DNA from: Hypanus sabinus
Taxonomy: Eukaryota
Direction: 5' to 3'
NCBI RefSeq assembly: GCF_030144855.1
Contig: NC_082722.1
Coordinates: 19,220,001-19,284,000 of the forward strand
DNA length: 64,000 nt
A program made the translations under genes and the position numbers. Below, in pieces: positions 51,901 to 63,521 of the stretch (the stretch's first letter is position 1; the number at the start of each line of letters is the position of its first letter). Below the pieces are notes generated by a model. The model made no database searches and was not told the origin of the DNA. It worked only from the letters and a program-made list of their open reading frames with translations.

Positions 51901-54801
51901 GAGTTTGCAAGAATTTGAGGACATGAATTACGAGGAAAGATTTAACTGGTTAGATTTTTTTCCCAAGATTCGTAAAAGAATGAGCGAACGTTTGATAGAG
52001 GCAGACAAAATAATGAGGGGTGCAGATACGGTGCAGGAAAGCCTGCTTCATCCACTGAGGTTTGGTGAGAATGTAATTAGTAGTCAGAGCTTAAGAGTCG
52101 AAGGAGAAGCATCAAAGTCAAACCTGAGAAGAAAAATCTTCATTTAGACCGTGATGCTATTGTGGTAATATCTGCCAGCGGAGGTGTTGAATGAGGGTTT
52201 GCGCTCGGCATTCTGCAGTTTACTGTCTAACCCCATCAGAATTCACCTCGATCTTGAGAGGTCTGTATTTCTCCTCATTTTGTGTGGTGAAAGAAATATA
52301 GAGTTCGCTAATCCTGCATGACAAAAGTTGGAATGACAACTTGCAGGGCATGTGAGAAATGGTCACGATGTTGGAATTATGTCGATTGGAACTGGGTGTT
52401 ATTCCTCTCTACTTGTAGATGCGGAAATGGAGCATTGTGCTGCTGCATACATACCTTTTAATAGAGATAATATACGTTTTCATATATTTTGCTTCCTCTG
52501 TGATGACGAATAGTGTTATCCAACTGCAGCCATTCACATTAGTATGAATAATGTTTCGACTTCTTGCTTGCAAAACAATCCTAACCCTGCTTGTAAAGTA
52601 ACTCGTTGCGTTGAGAGTACCTTCGCGATGATAAGGGTAAAGTCCAAAGGTATCACAAACCTTGGACATTAGTTTAAAATGGGAGATACCTGATGAACAG
52701 GGCTGCATGAACAGCAGCGGGAAAGAGCCTGGGGAAGTACGATACGATAAACTAAATTAACTCTATCATGCGCCTTGAAGCTGCTACATGAAATGTGATT
52801 AATTCTTCTGTTCTTTATAATTGCTAATTGAGAACATCTGGACTGGGGTATATTTAAACGTGGGAAAGGAATGTATTCTCGCCGTTTGCTTTATCAAGAA
52901 TAAACATTTCGTTCTATCCTCACCACTAAGTTTGATGTAAAATGCACAGAGATGAAAATCTCCAAACAGCCACACTCACCGAAAACAGTGAGCCGGGAGC
53001 CACTTCCTCTCCCGTAAGATCGTTCTTGATACTTTGCTTCACAGTAATACATTCCGGAGTCGGCGAATGTGACATTCCAGAGTACAAGTGCTCCCCTTCC
53101 CGTTTCTACAGTCAAATGTCTTCTGCTGTCATTTTTTAAAAATGTCTTGTCGCCGTCCCTCCACCAACGAACGTCAGCAGTATCTTGTGATCGTGGAAAA
53201 ATGCAGAACAAAGTAACATTCGCACCTCGCAGGACGTTCTGGTCCTTAGGTAATTGAGAGACTTCGCTCGCAGTTACATTGACAGCTGCCGGAAAAATAA
53301 GCAAGAGTATTAATAACAGTCAATCAAACAGCAAAAAAATCAACGACGTAATCCAATGGATATCTAATTGTTAAAGACAACCGAATATCTGAAACACTGG
53401 GACCAAATATGCTGCGGGCGCCCAGAGTTAAATATTCTAAAATAGAATATTCAGTTCGGAAGCGGCAGGAATAAATCAGCATACTTAGCAAAGTAATAGT
53501 CATAAATGCCATGAACGAAACCGTAAATATCTCCGACATCTTACAGAAAGCGAATCGCCTAATTCCTGCAACGCAAGTGGTTGTTTAAAAGCAATTGCTG
53601 GAGGGAATGGTCTTCGTGAGGAAATGTATTAATCATGTAAACATGACGTAGGATGACGCCACCACCATGCAAAATAATGTGGTTCAGATTTGAAATCTGC
53701 TTGGGCTAGGAGGAAAATAAAAACTCTTACAGTTTTAATTTTTCCCATGGCTTACCTAGAGCTTTCCTGATAATGCTGGGAATTTTGGCCTTTGCTGAAT
53801 TCAGAATTTTGGCCTCCTGCTGAATTCAGGAATTATCCAAATCTTTATTGAGATATAAATTCAAATATGTACTCTGCTCATTTTGATGGGAAAGATGCAA
53901 ATCCGTTTAGGAGTTGAAAAATTGTCTAATAGGCGGGCAAAGATAATAACATAATTTCTTCATTCCAATTTACGTTTGCAGTTTTGCTCCATTTCAATCA
54001 TATACCTTCAGTGAAATAGCACCGCGCTGGTTTCTCTACTAAAGCAGTTGCGCTCTTTCGGCCAAAAGTTTTTACGCCGCGACGGGAAGAGACGGTGTGA
54101 GATGAATGAAAAATTTGTTTCTCTTGATAATTTCCTTTAGGGTTTGGTCATAACGTTTCGACTAGTGAACTACTGCTTAATGTATGAATTGCAAACCAAA
54201 AAGGAAATTGTGAACGAGACTGATTTGAACAGCAAGTATATTCTCTCGGATGTCTTAATGCACACGTCTCCGGCACAATGTGTGATTTTCGATTCTGAAT
54301 ATTGATGCCTCCTTCTTCAGCAATTTTCACGTAACTTAAATCTAAAAGTTTCATGAAACAAATGGATATAATGTTAAAACGGTACGAATTTATTCCAGTG
54401 ACAGATTTCAGGCTGTTTTATTTTTAAAGTAGGCCCCATTATACTAAGGTTCCTTACTCACTTTTGTGACCAGCTCGCACAACTAATTCAGCGAAAAGCA
54501 GCAGCAAATGCTGTCTGATATAGAAATAGATTCAGGGTATAGGATTTTGATCACATACAGAGAGAGCTTAGATTTCCAACAGCAAGTTATTCAGTTTAAT
54601 GATGACAGAGATTCAAGAGGTACTGCGATAAAATCGATAAAGTGCGCATCGAGAAAGCCTGAAATGATTGATTGCAGTTCCGAGGCTCCAGTTAAAATCC
54701 AATAAGCCCGAGCACTTGCGTTGTGGGAAATGCTGCTCTTTCAGATATATCCTACATTTCCACAGAGTAAACAGGAGACAACAGGGTAGTTGATCGAGCA
54801 T
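39856..54801 (-). CDS. Complete 6-exon Ig-superfamily inhibitory receptor gene (leader-VJ-C1-TM-cyt-ITIM/ITSM), 310 aa; SIRP-alpha/PRARP-like architecture
   Basis: Hand-assembled exons 54801-54756 (46 nt), 53285-52980 (306), 48367-48074 (294), 44202-44098 (105), 43467-43424 (44), 39993-39856 (138) sum to 933 nt. All junctions are GT-AG, phases 1/1/1/1/0, with no internal stop. Protein: MLDQLPCCLLFTLWKSVNVTASEVSQ...LFC...VRWWR...DSGMYYC...GSGSRLTVF-VPPTPL...LLC...FYP...VW...YTCLVSH...EQ-GADTRLILACALGGSAILNVILIIVLLKFKLKRSH-GGNKNSLDGCQNEDP-AKGNGADKLTYAALQ...HTLYADVNTSKELCS*. Confidence 0.85.
43424..43467 (-). CDS. Exon 5, short cytoplasmic exon (GGNKNSLDGCQNEDP)
   Basis: ttttctgaag|GGGGT...GACCCG|gtaggt. 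44 nt converts phase 1 to phase 0, as the terminal exon requires. The frame is conserved in the paralog at 16274-16317. Confidence 0.7.
44098..44202 (-). CDS. Exon 4, transmembrane segment (uncharged)
   Basis: ctttttcaag|GCGCTGAT...CACG|gtaag. Encodes ADTRLILACALGGSAILNVILIIVLLKFKLKRSH, with a basic stop-transfer after the hydrophobic run. Confidence 0.88.
45770..47320 (+). mobile_element. L1 ORF2 3' fragment in the C1-TM intron, split by a solo LTR
   Basis: CARHALVQFKVVHMAH..CDRC..HPITAILGLP joins VMDSS..LIAFLTLIDRRSILFKW once 46114-46793 is removed. Confidence 0.85.
46114..46788. mobile_element. Solo LTR (675 bp, TG...CA) with 5-bp TSD ACCAG
   Basis: accag at 46109-46113 and 46789-46793; removal restores the L1 reading frame. 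Confidence 0.85.
48074..48367 (-). CDS. Exon 3, C1-set Ig domain
   Basis: Acceptor tttttattcaag|, donor CAAG|gtaagc. C1 motifs LLC..AFYP..LEIVW, GMYEASSLLEI, W, YTCLVSHVSL..P. Confidence 0.92.
49560..52200. mobile_element. Mosaic of decayed CR1 fragments in both orientations within the V-C1 intron
   Basis: Minus-strand ORF 50364-50597 (QVVSVVRKANKM..RGLEYKS); plus-strand remnants 51270-52200 (YEERFNWL). Confidence 0.7.
52980..53285 (-). CDS. Exon 2, V-type Ig domain with germline J-like G strand
   Basis: Acceptor ttccggcag|, donor TTCG|gtgagt. Motifs VSQxP, VTLFC, WWR, LxLxNVxxxDSGMYYC, GSGSRLTV. 53 residues between the two Cys. N-glycosylation sequons NVT and NDS. Confidence 0.92.
54756..54801 (-). 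CDS. Exon 1, signal peptide (MLDQLPCCLLFTLWK, continuing S-VNVTA in the V exon)
   Basis: ATG at 54801, hydrophobic core, phase-1 donor AAT|gtagga. It joins in frame to the V exon, giving a V-T-A type cleavage site. Kozak context is weak. Confidence 0.65.
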
Positions 54802-55799
54802 AAAAAGATTAACGTGATACAGGAAAAAAAGGGATTAGCACGCACCCATGTGTCTGACCTGGCAGGGCATAAATTGTTATTCATTTATAAAATGACAACA
54901 CTGAATATTCAAACCCATTTTGGGTGACGATGTAACAGTACTGAGCTTCCAAGTGCTTCTTACGAACGGAGATAAGATTCTGATTCTCATGTCAAACGCT
55001 TCGCCATTTTGAGCAGTAATATTTCCGAATTTCCATGAAGCGGTTGGGATGTTATACAGTTTTCACAGAAGCTTTGGCACCTTTATTGAATTGCATCTCC
55101 TGTCCTCTCAGATCTGAAATTATGTAGCGGCTTGGGACCTAAGGATCTTCATAGGTAACACATATTTTGTCTATTGGACCCCAAGGGATGTAATTGAGGT
55201 CTAATCGTTACGAGTTTAGCCAAGAGAGGAAATGGATATTATGAACATTATCCTGCTGTGGATCTGGAGACTAATCTAAAGAGAGAGTATTCTAATGAAA
55301 CACAGCTTAATTTTATATTGCAGGAAATTTGTGATGCCGAATACAAAGATCTGTCTGCGGCAGAAAACACAATTTCCAGAAGGTAAGTTTTCTGTCGAGA
55401 TTTATAACTTGATCTTCTGATATTCTTTTTTCTCGACACATAAATCCTAAAGATGAGAGCACTGTGATTAGTTCTCCATTAACCACTCTCTGTTCTCCAT
55501 TAGTCCATTCTCCATACTGTGTAAGAATTGAGCTGTAACTTGGACCGATTACTAAGCATTATAAAACAATTTAAGCACGTTTGGGATTTTCGTGGCATTT
55601 CTTAGGTAACAAATGAATAAGACTGCGGATTCATTTTTAGTTTTGAATTCTTTGGAGATGAATGCTACATCTGTGTATTTTCAACTGCATAAATATGTTC
55701 AGCGTTAACTGTGGCGGAAAAGTACAGGAAAGTATAAGACACTTGTATAAGCAAGGAAAACCGACAGCACAATGCACGAACGGCGGCCCATAGAGCTGT

Positions 55800-56430
55800 A
55801 CCAAGCATGTCCTTATATGCCAAGGACGCGGTCTGGAAGAGTAGTGTGCCGTCAAGGAACCGGAGTTTCGTGGATTTGGAGACGAGCTAATTCGAGGCCG
55901 GTGTGGCTGCCTGATGGGAGTACACGGAAGATTGAAGACAGCGAGCTGGCTGCTGGCTGTGAGCCCAGAGACCCGAGTTATTTGGGCAGAGAGCTCGGAA
56001 AAAGTAAGGCAACAGACTTTTAAAGCAAAGAATCAGCAAATTGTCTTGTGATGTCTGCCCTTTCGCTACGAAACGTGGACATCAATTTTTCCCTTATTAG
56101 GGAGAGAGAGTGAGAGCTGTGGTATGTGGAAAACCGGCAGAACGAGTGGTCTTTTGGAAACTACACGTCTGTCATTCTTGATGCTTTGCTGCACGCTTGA
56201 ATGCTCGACTGGGGATGCAGATGATTCTTTTTTGCTGGTGTGTGGAGGGTGGTCGCTCCTTTGCTACTGCTTATGCGTGGGAGTGATTAGATGTAGGGGT
56301 GGCTTTGGGTTTCTAACATTCAACTGTCATTCATTCTTCGGGGTACTGCACTGTTTTCGTGAATGTTTGTGAAGGAAAAGAATTTCAAGATGTATATTGC
56401 ATATATTTCCCTGATCTTAAATATCCATTT
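55800..56430 (+). repeat. Probable interspersed repeat (LINE-type 3' end)
   Basis: Higher-GC block ending in a ctgttttcgtgaatgtttgtgaaggaaaagaatttcaagatgtatattg tail resembling LINE 3' ends; family unassigned. Confidence 0.35.
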
Positions 56431-59400
56431 AAAACCTATTGGAATAAAATGAAAGTTTATATACATTTGAAAAACTATTTTTCAAATATAGCTCCTTAAT
56501 TAAGTGAAAAGAAGTTACTTCAAAATTAGAATTAATTGCTGTTTTTGTCATCATTATCAGATCAGTTAAGTGAAAAGAACGTCGCGATATTTAGACAACA
56601 TGAAACAGCAATAACGATCAGAATTGAAATGATGTAAATGGAAGAAACAGAATTCTGATTTTCTTCATGAGTAAGCTGGCAGTTTTGTTCGCAATTTCAA
56701 CACTAAATTATTCGTTGGGTAGAGGCATTTTTGCTAAACGGTCGGATGAAGGAAGATGTAAATGTCACTGCAAAACTCAACATTGTCTCTCCTAAACCCC
56801 ACTACGCTTAAATCAAACTAACAACATATTGGACCTATATTTAGTCATAGCTCTCGTTGCGGAAGTTTGCTTCGATTGTTACCATCTCGTCCTCTTTAAA
56901 GCATGTACATCTACGTACGTTGCACGTAGCTGTTTTTGAATAAACGAAGATGTATTTTTGATAATGAGAAGATGGAGAGCGGCCGAGGCCAACTTGTGAT
57001 GATCTTTGAAATTAAATCATATTGACCATTATTTCATTATCCTGCGGCTGCAGAGACGCTGGAGTCTGAAAGAAAGTGGTCACGTGTATCTGTATCTCAC
57101 TGATTGTCAGCAGAAGATAGTAACCGTAATGTTTGCCTTTTTAAATAAGCTTTCTCTTTCTGATTTTCCATTCGGGCTGAAATATGGTTCTACGGTCCAT
57201 CTCTGGCGCACAGTGTAATTCTCGTGCTCATTTTAACATCCAACCTTTCATATGAAGGTTATTGCAATCTATTTAAGGGAGCAGATGAATGCTAAGATCA
57301 AAGCAGCCTTTCTGCTACCGACGTATTGAGACACTAGTGTTGCAAATCATTATTTTTTCAGGATCGTCGACGGTCAAATTGACCTGCTGTTTCTGTGGGT
57401 TGTATTTTAGGATGTGTGAATAATTGTAAATAAAATCTGGGAAATAAATATCGATCAAAAAGCTGCCACCCCATACCTAGAAGATTGAAAGGTGATCCTT
57501 TTTACCTGGGTCTCAGTGTCGTCCTGACTTGCAGTAACTTCGGTCATTCTGGGAATAACGTGAAGGCGAGGTACTCTTGCAACTTTGGAGTCATTATCTG
57601 CCTATAAATTTATTTATGACGCAATTTATGGATTGAGTAGATTTAGATTTTCCCATTTTCTTTCATTTTGAATTTAAAACTTAGTTTGAGTGCAATCATC
57701 AACCATTGTCAAGCATACCCGAAAGGAAAACAAAGATAATGTTGACTGTGCAGAAGGGTGAACTGCTGAAACCTGTTTTTATCTGATGTGCAGATTCGCA
57801 AGCGTTATAGTTAGTGAAATTTCGTGAAAAACATAGTATTTACATTTCTTTTCACAAAATGTATTTTAAAGTCAAATATACCTAGCAATAAGCGAACATC
57901 TGCAAAAAATCCTACAATAATATGCACGCTCCACATTTTTGCTCAGTCACTAAGGTGTCATTTGCATTTCCACCAAACGTTGAAACCATGTTCCAGAGGA
58001 ACATTAAAATGTTCATTGCAAATATTTCGCAAATAATATGTTATGCAGCCAGAATAGCTTCTTTCTATTCAGCTAGGTTCTGAGATTCTTCAGAATTAAC
58101 ATGTTATTTGCTTCGCTTATTGCAGTACTTCTGCTCCTAATTCAACAATTTTAGAAACTAATGAAACCGTTTCATCTCATCAAATTCGTTACTTCGCACG
58201 TCGAATCAAAGAATCACACTTACACTTGAAGGAAAGGGGGTAGCGGGAGAATGCATGAGCCTACCGATGAATATTGTGTCATGATGCGAATCGATTTTTT
58301 TTTACCAAAGTAAGATCGCCTGAAGGGCATTAAGAACGTGTGCGGCTGTACCTATTATTCTATTATTGTGTTTTATGTATTACATCCACCTTCGCCTTTT
58401 GTAAATTATATTCCCTGTCACCTAAAGTGTGTATTTTACGGTCTGATTTACATTGTGCTTTCAGCTACGTCAGAGGTACTAGTTCCAAATTTTACCTCAA
58501 TCTTTTTACTTACTTTGTGCAGTCGATTGTGAAGTTAACCATGTGACTCACTATCATGATTCGACCTCCAACATAGTATCACTGAAAGGATTTCTTCATA
58601 CTTGAGTAGGTATTGTGGAACTAGCCATTTCTGGTACCTGGATGACAGTGAAAATCAATTCGGAATATAATTACTTCGCTTCTGTTCGTCGTAATGAAGC
58701 AATAACACCTACCGAGCATTTAGTCGGAGGAAATTATTTCCTTCTCATTGATCATTGAATAGCGATCATTAAAAATGTTCTTTTCATAATTTCAATTCAG
58801 ATTCACAATATTATGAAAGCCGTGAATTTTATTTATACAGTCCCTAATCATGATGTGGAACACAACACATTTCTATGTTTTTTGTAAATATTGGGTTAGG
58901 TTCCAGATAATCCGATGGAGGGAGAAGCTTTGAAATAGAATTATTTATTATTTAAATCATTGTTAATTCTGTTGATCAACGCATTTCAAATATAGACAAC
59001 TTCTACTTGAATGTTTCAGTAGAATTCCATTATTCAACTTGTATGCTTCACGTTATTGTTCAAAATAAACCCAATACAATCCGGTTCTACGACTCGCTCG
59101 TATCATTTAATCGCTAAAGGAACATCAGCATGATATTTGCAGAAACCTAAACAGTGCAATGTTTTATTGAACCTAATTTTTTTCTTTTGTCTCCACCTTC
59201 ATTTTCGCATTGTGCTAATCACTTTATTTTTCATTTTTTTCTCTCTGTTTTTCAAATGTTTCCTGATAATTTCTGTTCTGCTTGTTTCTCTCCTGTTCCC
59301 TTGTGAACTCTGGAGAACCGCCCGAATACTGCGAGTATCCAAAATGATATTTCCTGTTGACAATTTATTTCTCCCTCATATCTCCAAAGAAGCAATGCTT

Positions 59401-60449
59401 CTGAATAAAAAATACGGTTATTTGATACAGCATGTATTACCTTTCAGACTCTCTATTAGAGAACTGGAAATCGTTTTTCTTCGGCAGTGATCAGAAAACT
59501 GTTTAGTTACATCTTTTGATATTTGCTAAAAGACAGAATTTGGAACGTTAGCTCTATGGAAATGGTCAGAATTTGAAGGACGATAGAAAATAAGTAACCA
59601 CCCTCGTTAGTTTATGTAATGAAAAAGCGAATGTTTTTATTTGTGAAGCAAAGTATTTTGATTATTAACCCTGCTTTAAATGCTTGCATACAGGCTGATA
59701 TGACAATAAAATATGATGAATTTGCTGACCTTTGAAAATCTGTTAAAAATCTGCAGTTGTGAAATAATAAGCATAACATTTGAAGATGTTGTGGAAGAAA
59801 ATTTGACAACTACAACTAATGGGCGTTGGCTGAACACAAAACATTAAGTAAATGGCAGGACAGTACTTTCTAAAAATGATCCATTTGGCAATAAAATGGA
59901 GACAAGAGACTTCGGACGCTGGAACCTGGAGCAACACAATAACCGCTGGCGCAACTCAGCGCGCCAGGCAGCATCATATATAATATAGCTGTAATATCTT
60001 GTTAAGGTTACTGATGAATTCTGCTGGGATAGGACTCACCAAATAATCAACACAAGTTGAAAAACACAGAATAAATGTAAATGTAGAAGGTTTCGGAAAT
60101 AACCGATTAGTTTGGCACCTTCGGTGAAGAGAAACGTCTGCTGGGAAGCTTTCACCATGCAATAAAGCCGAAAAAAATCTTAATCTGCCGTTTTCTACAG
60201 TTGCATACTGAATTCACGTGGACTCTAAATTTGCAAACTCTAAGGCATTTGCGTCCTTCCAAACTCAACTCAAGCACACCAGATACTACAGCTCATTTAC
60301 TACATTGTTTCTTTCCACTTGTCATTCATAAATATAATGAAACTTCGTGGTCCTAGAACAAAACCCAAATGGTCGACAATTAGCCCATTATTACCATATG
60401 AATACTTTCTTTTTCTGAATCTCATCTCTCGAATACTCACGTTCGAACC

Positions 60450-63400
60450 GAATGCCGGCTGTTTATTTATTTCATAGATGCTGCCTGAAGTGCTGAGTTC
60501 CTTCAGCATTTGGCGTACTGCAGCTCTGGACGTTTGGCATCAGCAGAATATTTTGTGTTTATAAATTTTATCCTTCTTAGGATCACAAATTGCAAATATT
60601 CGATGTTATTAGAAAATATTGGAAAATTTTAAACAGGTATTCAACTGATATAAAAATAGTTGATATACTTTTGTTGTTTTTGAATGACATATCGTGAGTA
60701 AAGAAGCACATACTTTCAGAAATTGCTTTACAAGAAATTTACTTAAATTAACTTTCTTACTTTTCAATTAAGCGTTAAACGCGATAACGTGGGTATCTGC
60801 AACTTACTCGCCTGAGGTGGTGAAGCTTCTGAGCACACGGAGTTTCCATGATGTCAGCAGCTATCTGTGAGTGCAGTCACTTTGCTGGGTGTGCTCTCGT
60901 TTAGCAAAAACATCTGTACCGGGTGCATCTTGTCTTTGCAATGTTAGAAAATTTCACTTTTGAGGATTAGAAATCGCGTTTCACATGCAAAATAGGTGCC
61001 TCTTTCGACAAATAATTTAAATTTCCATCAAGTCAGAACAATGGAAAACACAAGTACACAGAAACGGAATATTGCGCAATAGGTTCTATACATGTGGCAT
61101 GAACGTTTATTTTGATATATATATATTTTTAAAATCGTTACCATATCTTGGAGCACAGCAAAAAAGTATTTCAAACCCGTTATTTTTGAGCACTTCAGAT
61201 AATATGAAAAAACACATGTTAAATGTTAACAATGGTAAACACACAGAAAAGTCAGGTTACCAAAAGGAGTACAAAAGAGAAGAAAAACAGCAAATTCCAG
61301 AGTTAAGGTTCGGCATTGTTCGCCGTGGAAAAGAGGCGATCATTGGGAGTTGGAGAATGGAGTATACCAGAAATTAGCCGAGGTATACTTTCAGCTCTGG
61401 TCCTGAAAAAAAAAGGAGGTAAAATCTGGAGGAACAAAAGCACAGAGATGTTTGAAAGGATGGATGACAATTATAAAATTCATGTTTTCTTTCACTAAAT
61501 GGCAGAGTGGTTCGGTGAGTACGTGGTTTTCTGATAAACAGGTCGCATAAACAAATCTTAAATAGTCACGCAGAATTCTTGAAATCAGTCTTCCATATTG
61601 ACACGCATATATAGTCACCCAGTTATGTCCTCTCGGCCAGGAGTGCACGAATAAGCACAAAGGCAGACATTTCCTCTGCTTCTACTCGGCCTGCAATAAT
61701 CTGTTCGAAACTGTTCAATCTGATTGCCTTCCAAGCACAATAGCCAGGAATCATCGCACATTTTCAGTGACAGTATTCCGAAAATTTCTGAATTATAATG
61801 ACATTTTCCTTGCTCGGATACAGCATGTCCCCAAATCTAGATTTCTGTAACAATACCAACACTATACGAAGGCAGGCATTGCTGAATATACCCTTAACAC
61901 TCATCTTGCATTAACTTACTTTTCTCCAAAACAGTGCTGTGTAGTACGTGGCATGTCCTCGTGTTGTATCGTCCAGGGCTCAGGACCTACCTTTATTCTG
62001 GTGCCAGAGTGCTTCAAATTTATAATCGCCAAACTCAGAAAAAGTATTATTTTTATTATTATTTCGAGTTGGTAAATTCAATAGACAATAGACAATAGGT
62101 ACAGAAGTAGACCATTCGGCCCCTCGAGTCTGCACCGCCATTCTGTGATCATGGCTGATCATACACTATCAATACCCAGTCCCTGCCTTGTCCCCATATC
62201 CCTTGATTTCCCTATCCATCAGATATCCATCTAGCTTCTTCTTGAAAGCATACAGAGAATTGGCCTCCACCGTCTTCCGAGGCAGTGCATTCCACACCTC
62301 CACAACTCTCTGGGAGAAGAAGTTCTTCCTCAACTCTGTTTTAAATAACTGACCTCTTATTCTCAATCCATGCCCTCTGGTACTGGACTTTCCCAACATC
62401 TGGAACATATTTCCTGCCTCAATCCTATCAAATCATTTAATTATCTTAAACGTTTCAATCAGATCCCCTCTCAATCTCCTCAATTCCAGTGTGTACAAGC
62501 CCAATCTCTCCAATCTTTCTGCGTAAGACAGCCCTGCCATCCCAGGAATCAACCTAGTGAATCTACGCTGCACTTCCTCAATTGCCAGAATGTCCTTCCT
62601 TAAACCTGGAGACCAAAACTGTACACAATATTCCAAGTGTGGTCTCACCAGGGCCCTGTACAAATGCAAAAGGACATCCTTGCTCTTGTACTCAATTCCC
62701 CTTGTAATAAATGCCAACATTCCATTTGCCCTTTTCACTGCCTGTTGCACTTGCTCATTCACCTTCATTGACTGATGAACTAGGACACCTAGGTCTCTTT
62801 GCATTTCTCCCTTACCTAACTCTACACCGTTCAGACAATACTCAGCCCTCTTGTTCCTGCTTCCAAAGCTAGCTTTCAAGCAAGCTAATTTCTGAACTGT
62901 TACCAAAATTCCAACTGGTGTTTAGAATTGTGGCTTTCTGGAGATTTCTATAAATACTGCTGTGTAGACCTGATTGTTTAATGCTTTTACGTTATGATTT
63001 TTGGATGATATCAGTAGTAGATATCACTATTTGGACAAGGTATACCCTTTTCATGTTCCACGGTCTTTCAATTTTCTCTTTTAATTTCAGGTGATTTGCA
63101 CACATCGATTTCTTATATTGTGTGTCTTTGGACTGGCTATATCTAGTAAGTAGATCTTTTTGCTTGTTTATCCTGCAATATTTATATGCGAAATTTTATT
63201 ATAAATTGTCCCATCTGTAATAATGGATTAATTGTATTATAGCTTTGTCAGACTCTGACTCTCAAACTGAACAAGACACGCGCTTATCTCAAGGAATGGT
63301 TCGACTACTGAGTTTGAAATTTTAAGCAAGATTTTGGTAAAGAATGCTTGCCACTTAATTGTGCCTGTCTGAGTAATCGGATTGACTTCAAATGTGGCAA

Positions 63401-63521
63401 TGTCCTTTAATGAGTTAGATAGTTTCTGGCTTCCCTTGGCCTTTCTGCATGCATCATCTTACAATTTCCAGTGGTTTTTATTCCGTATTTTTGATCAATT
63501 TTTGAGTGTACCACCAGGTCC
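60450..63521. repeat. Segmental duplication block A, copy 2
   Basis: Aligns to 490-2754 after removing the insertion at 62082-62874. Confidence 0.95.
62082..62874 (-). mobile_element. Young 5'-truncated CR1 insertion, flanked by ttcaa duplication
   Basis: Absent from block A copy 1. Intact 157-aa ORF (LYRALVRPHLEYCVQFWSP) and (ctattgt)n tail. ttcaa at 62077-62081 and 62875-62879. Confidence 0.92.

Noticed and set aside
47650-57230. CACAGTG heptamers (~47658, ~51619, ~57208) as possible RSS
   Set aside because: No properly spaced nonamer was found and none abuts the V exon, so there is no evidence of V(D)J rearrangement.
59137-59490. 117-aa Phe/Leu-rich ORF resembling a membrane protein
   Set aside because: T-rich low-complexity sequence with a non-ATG start and no exon context.
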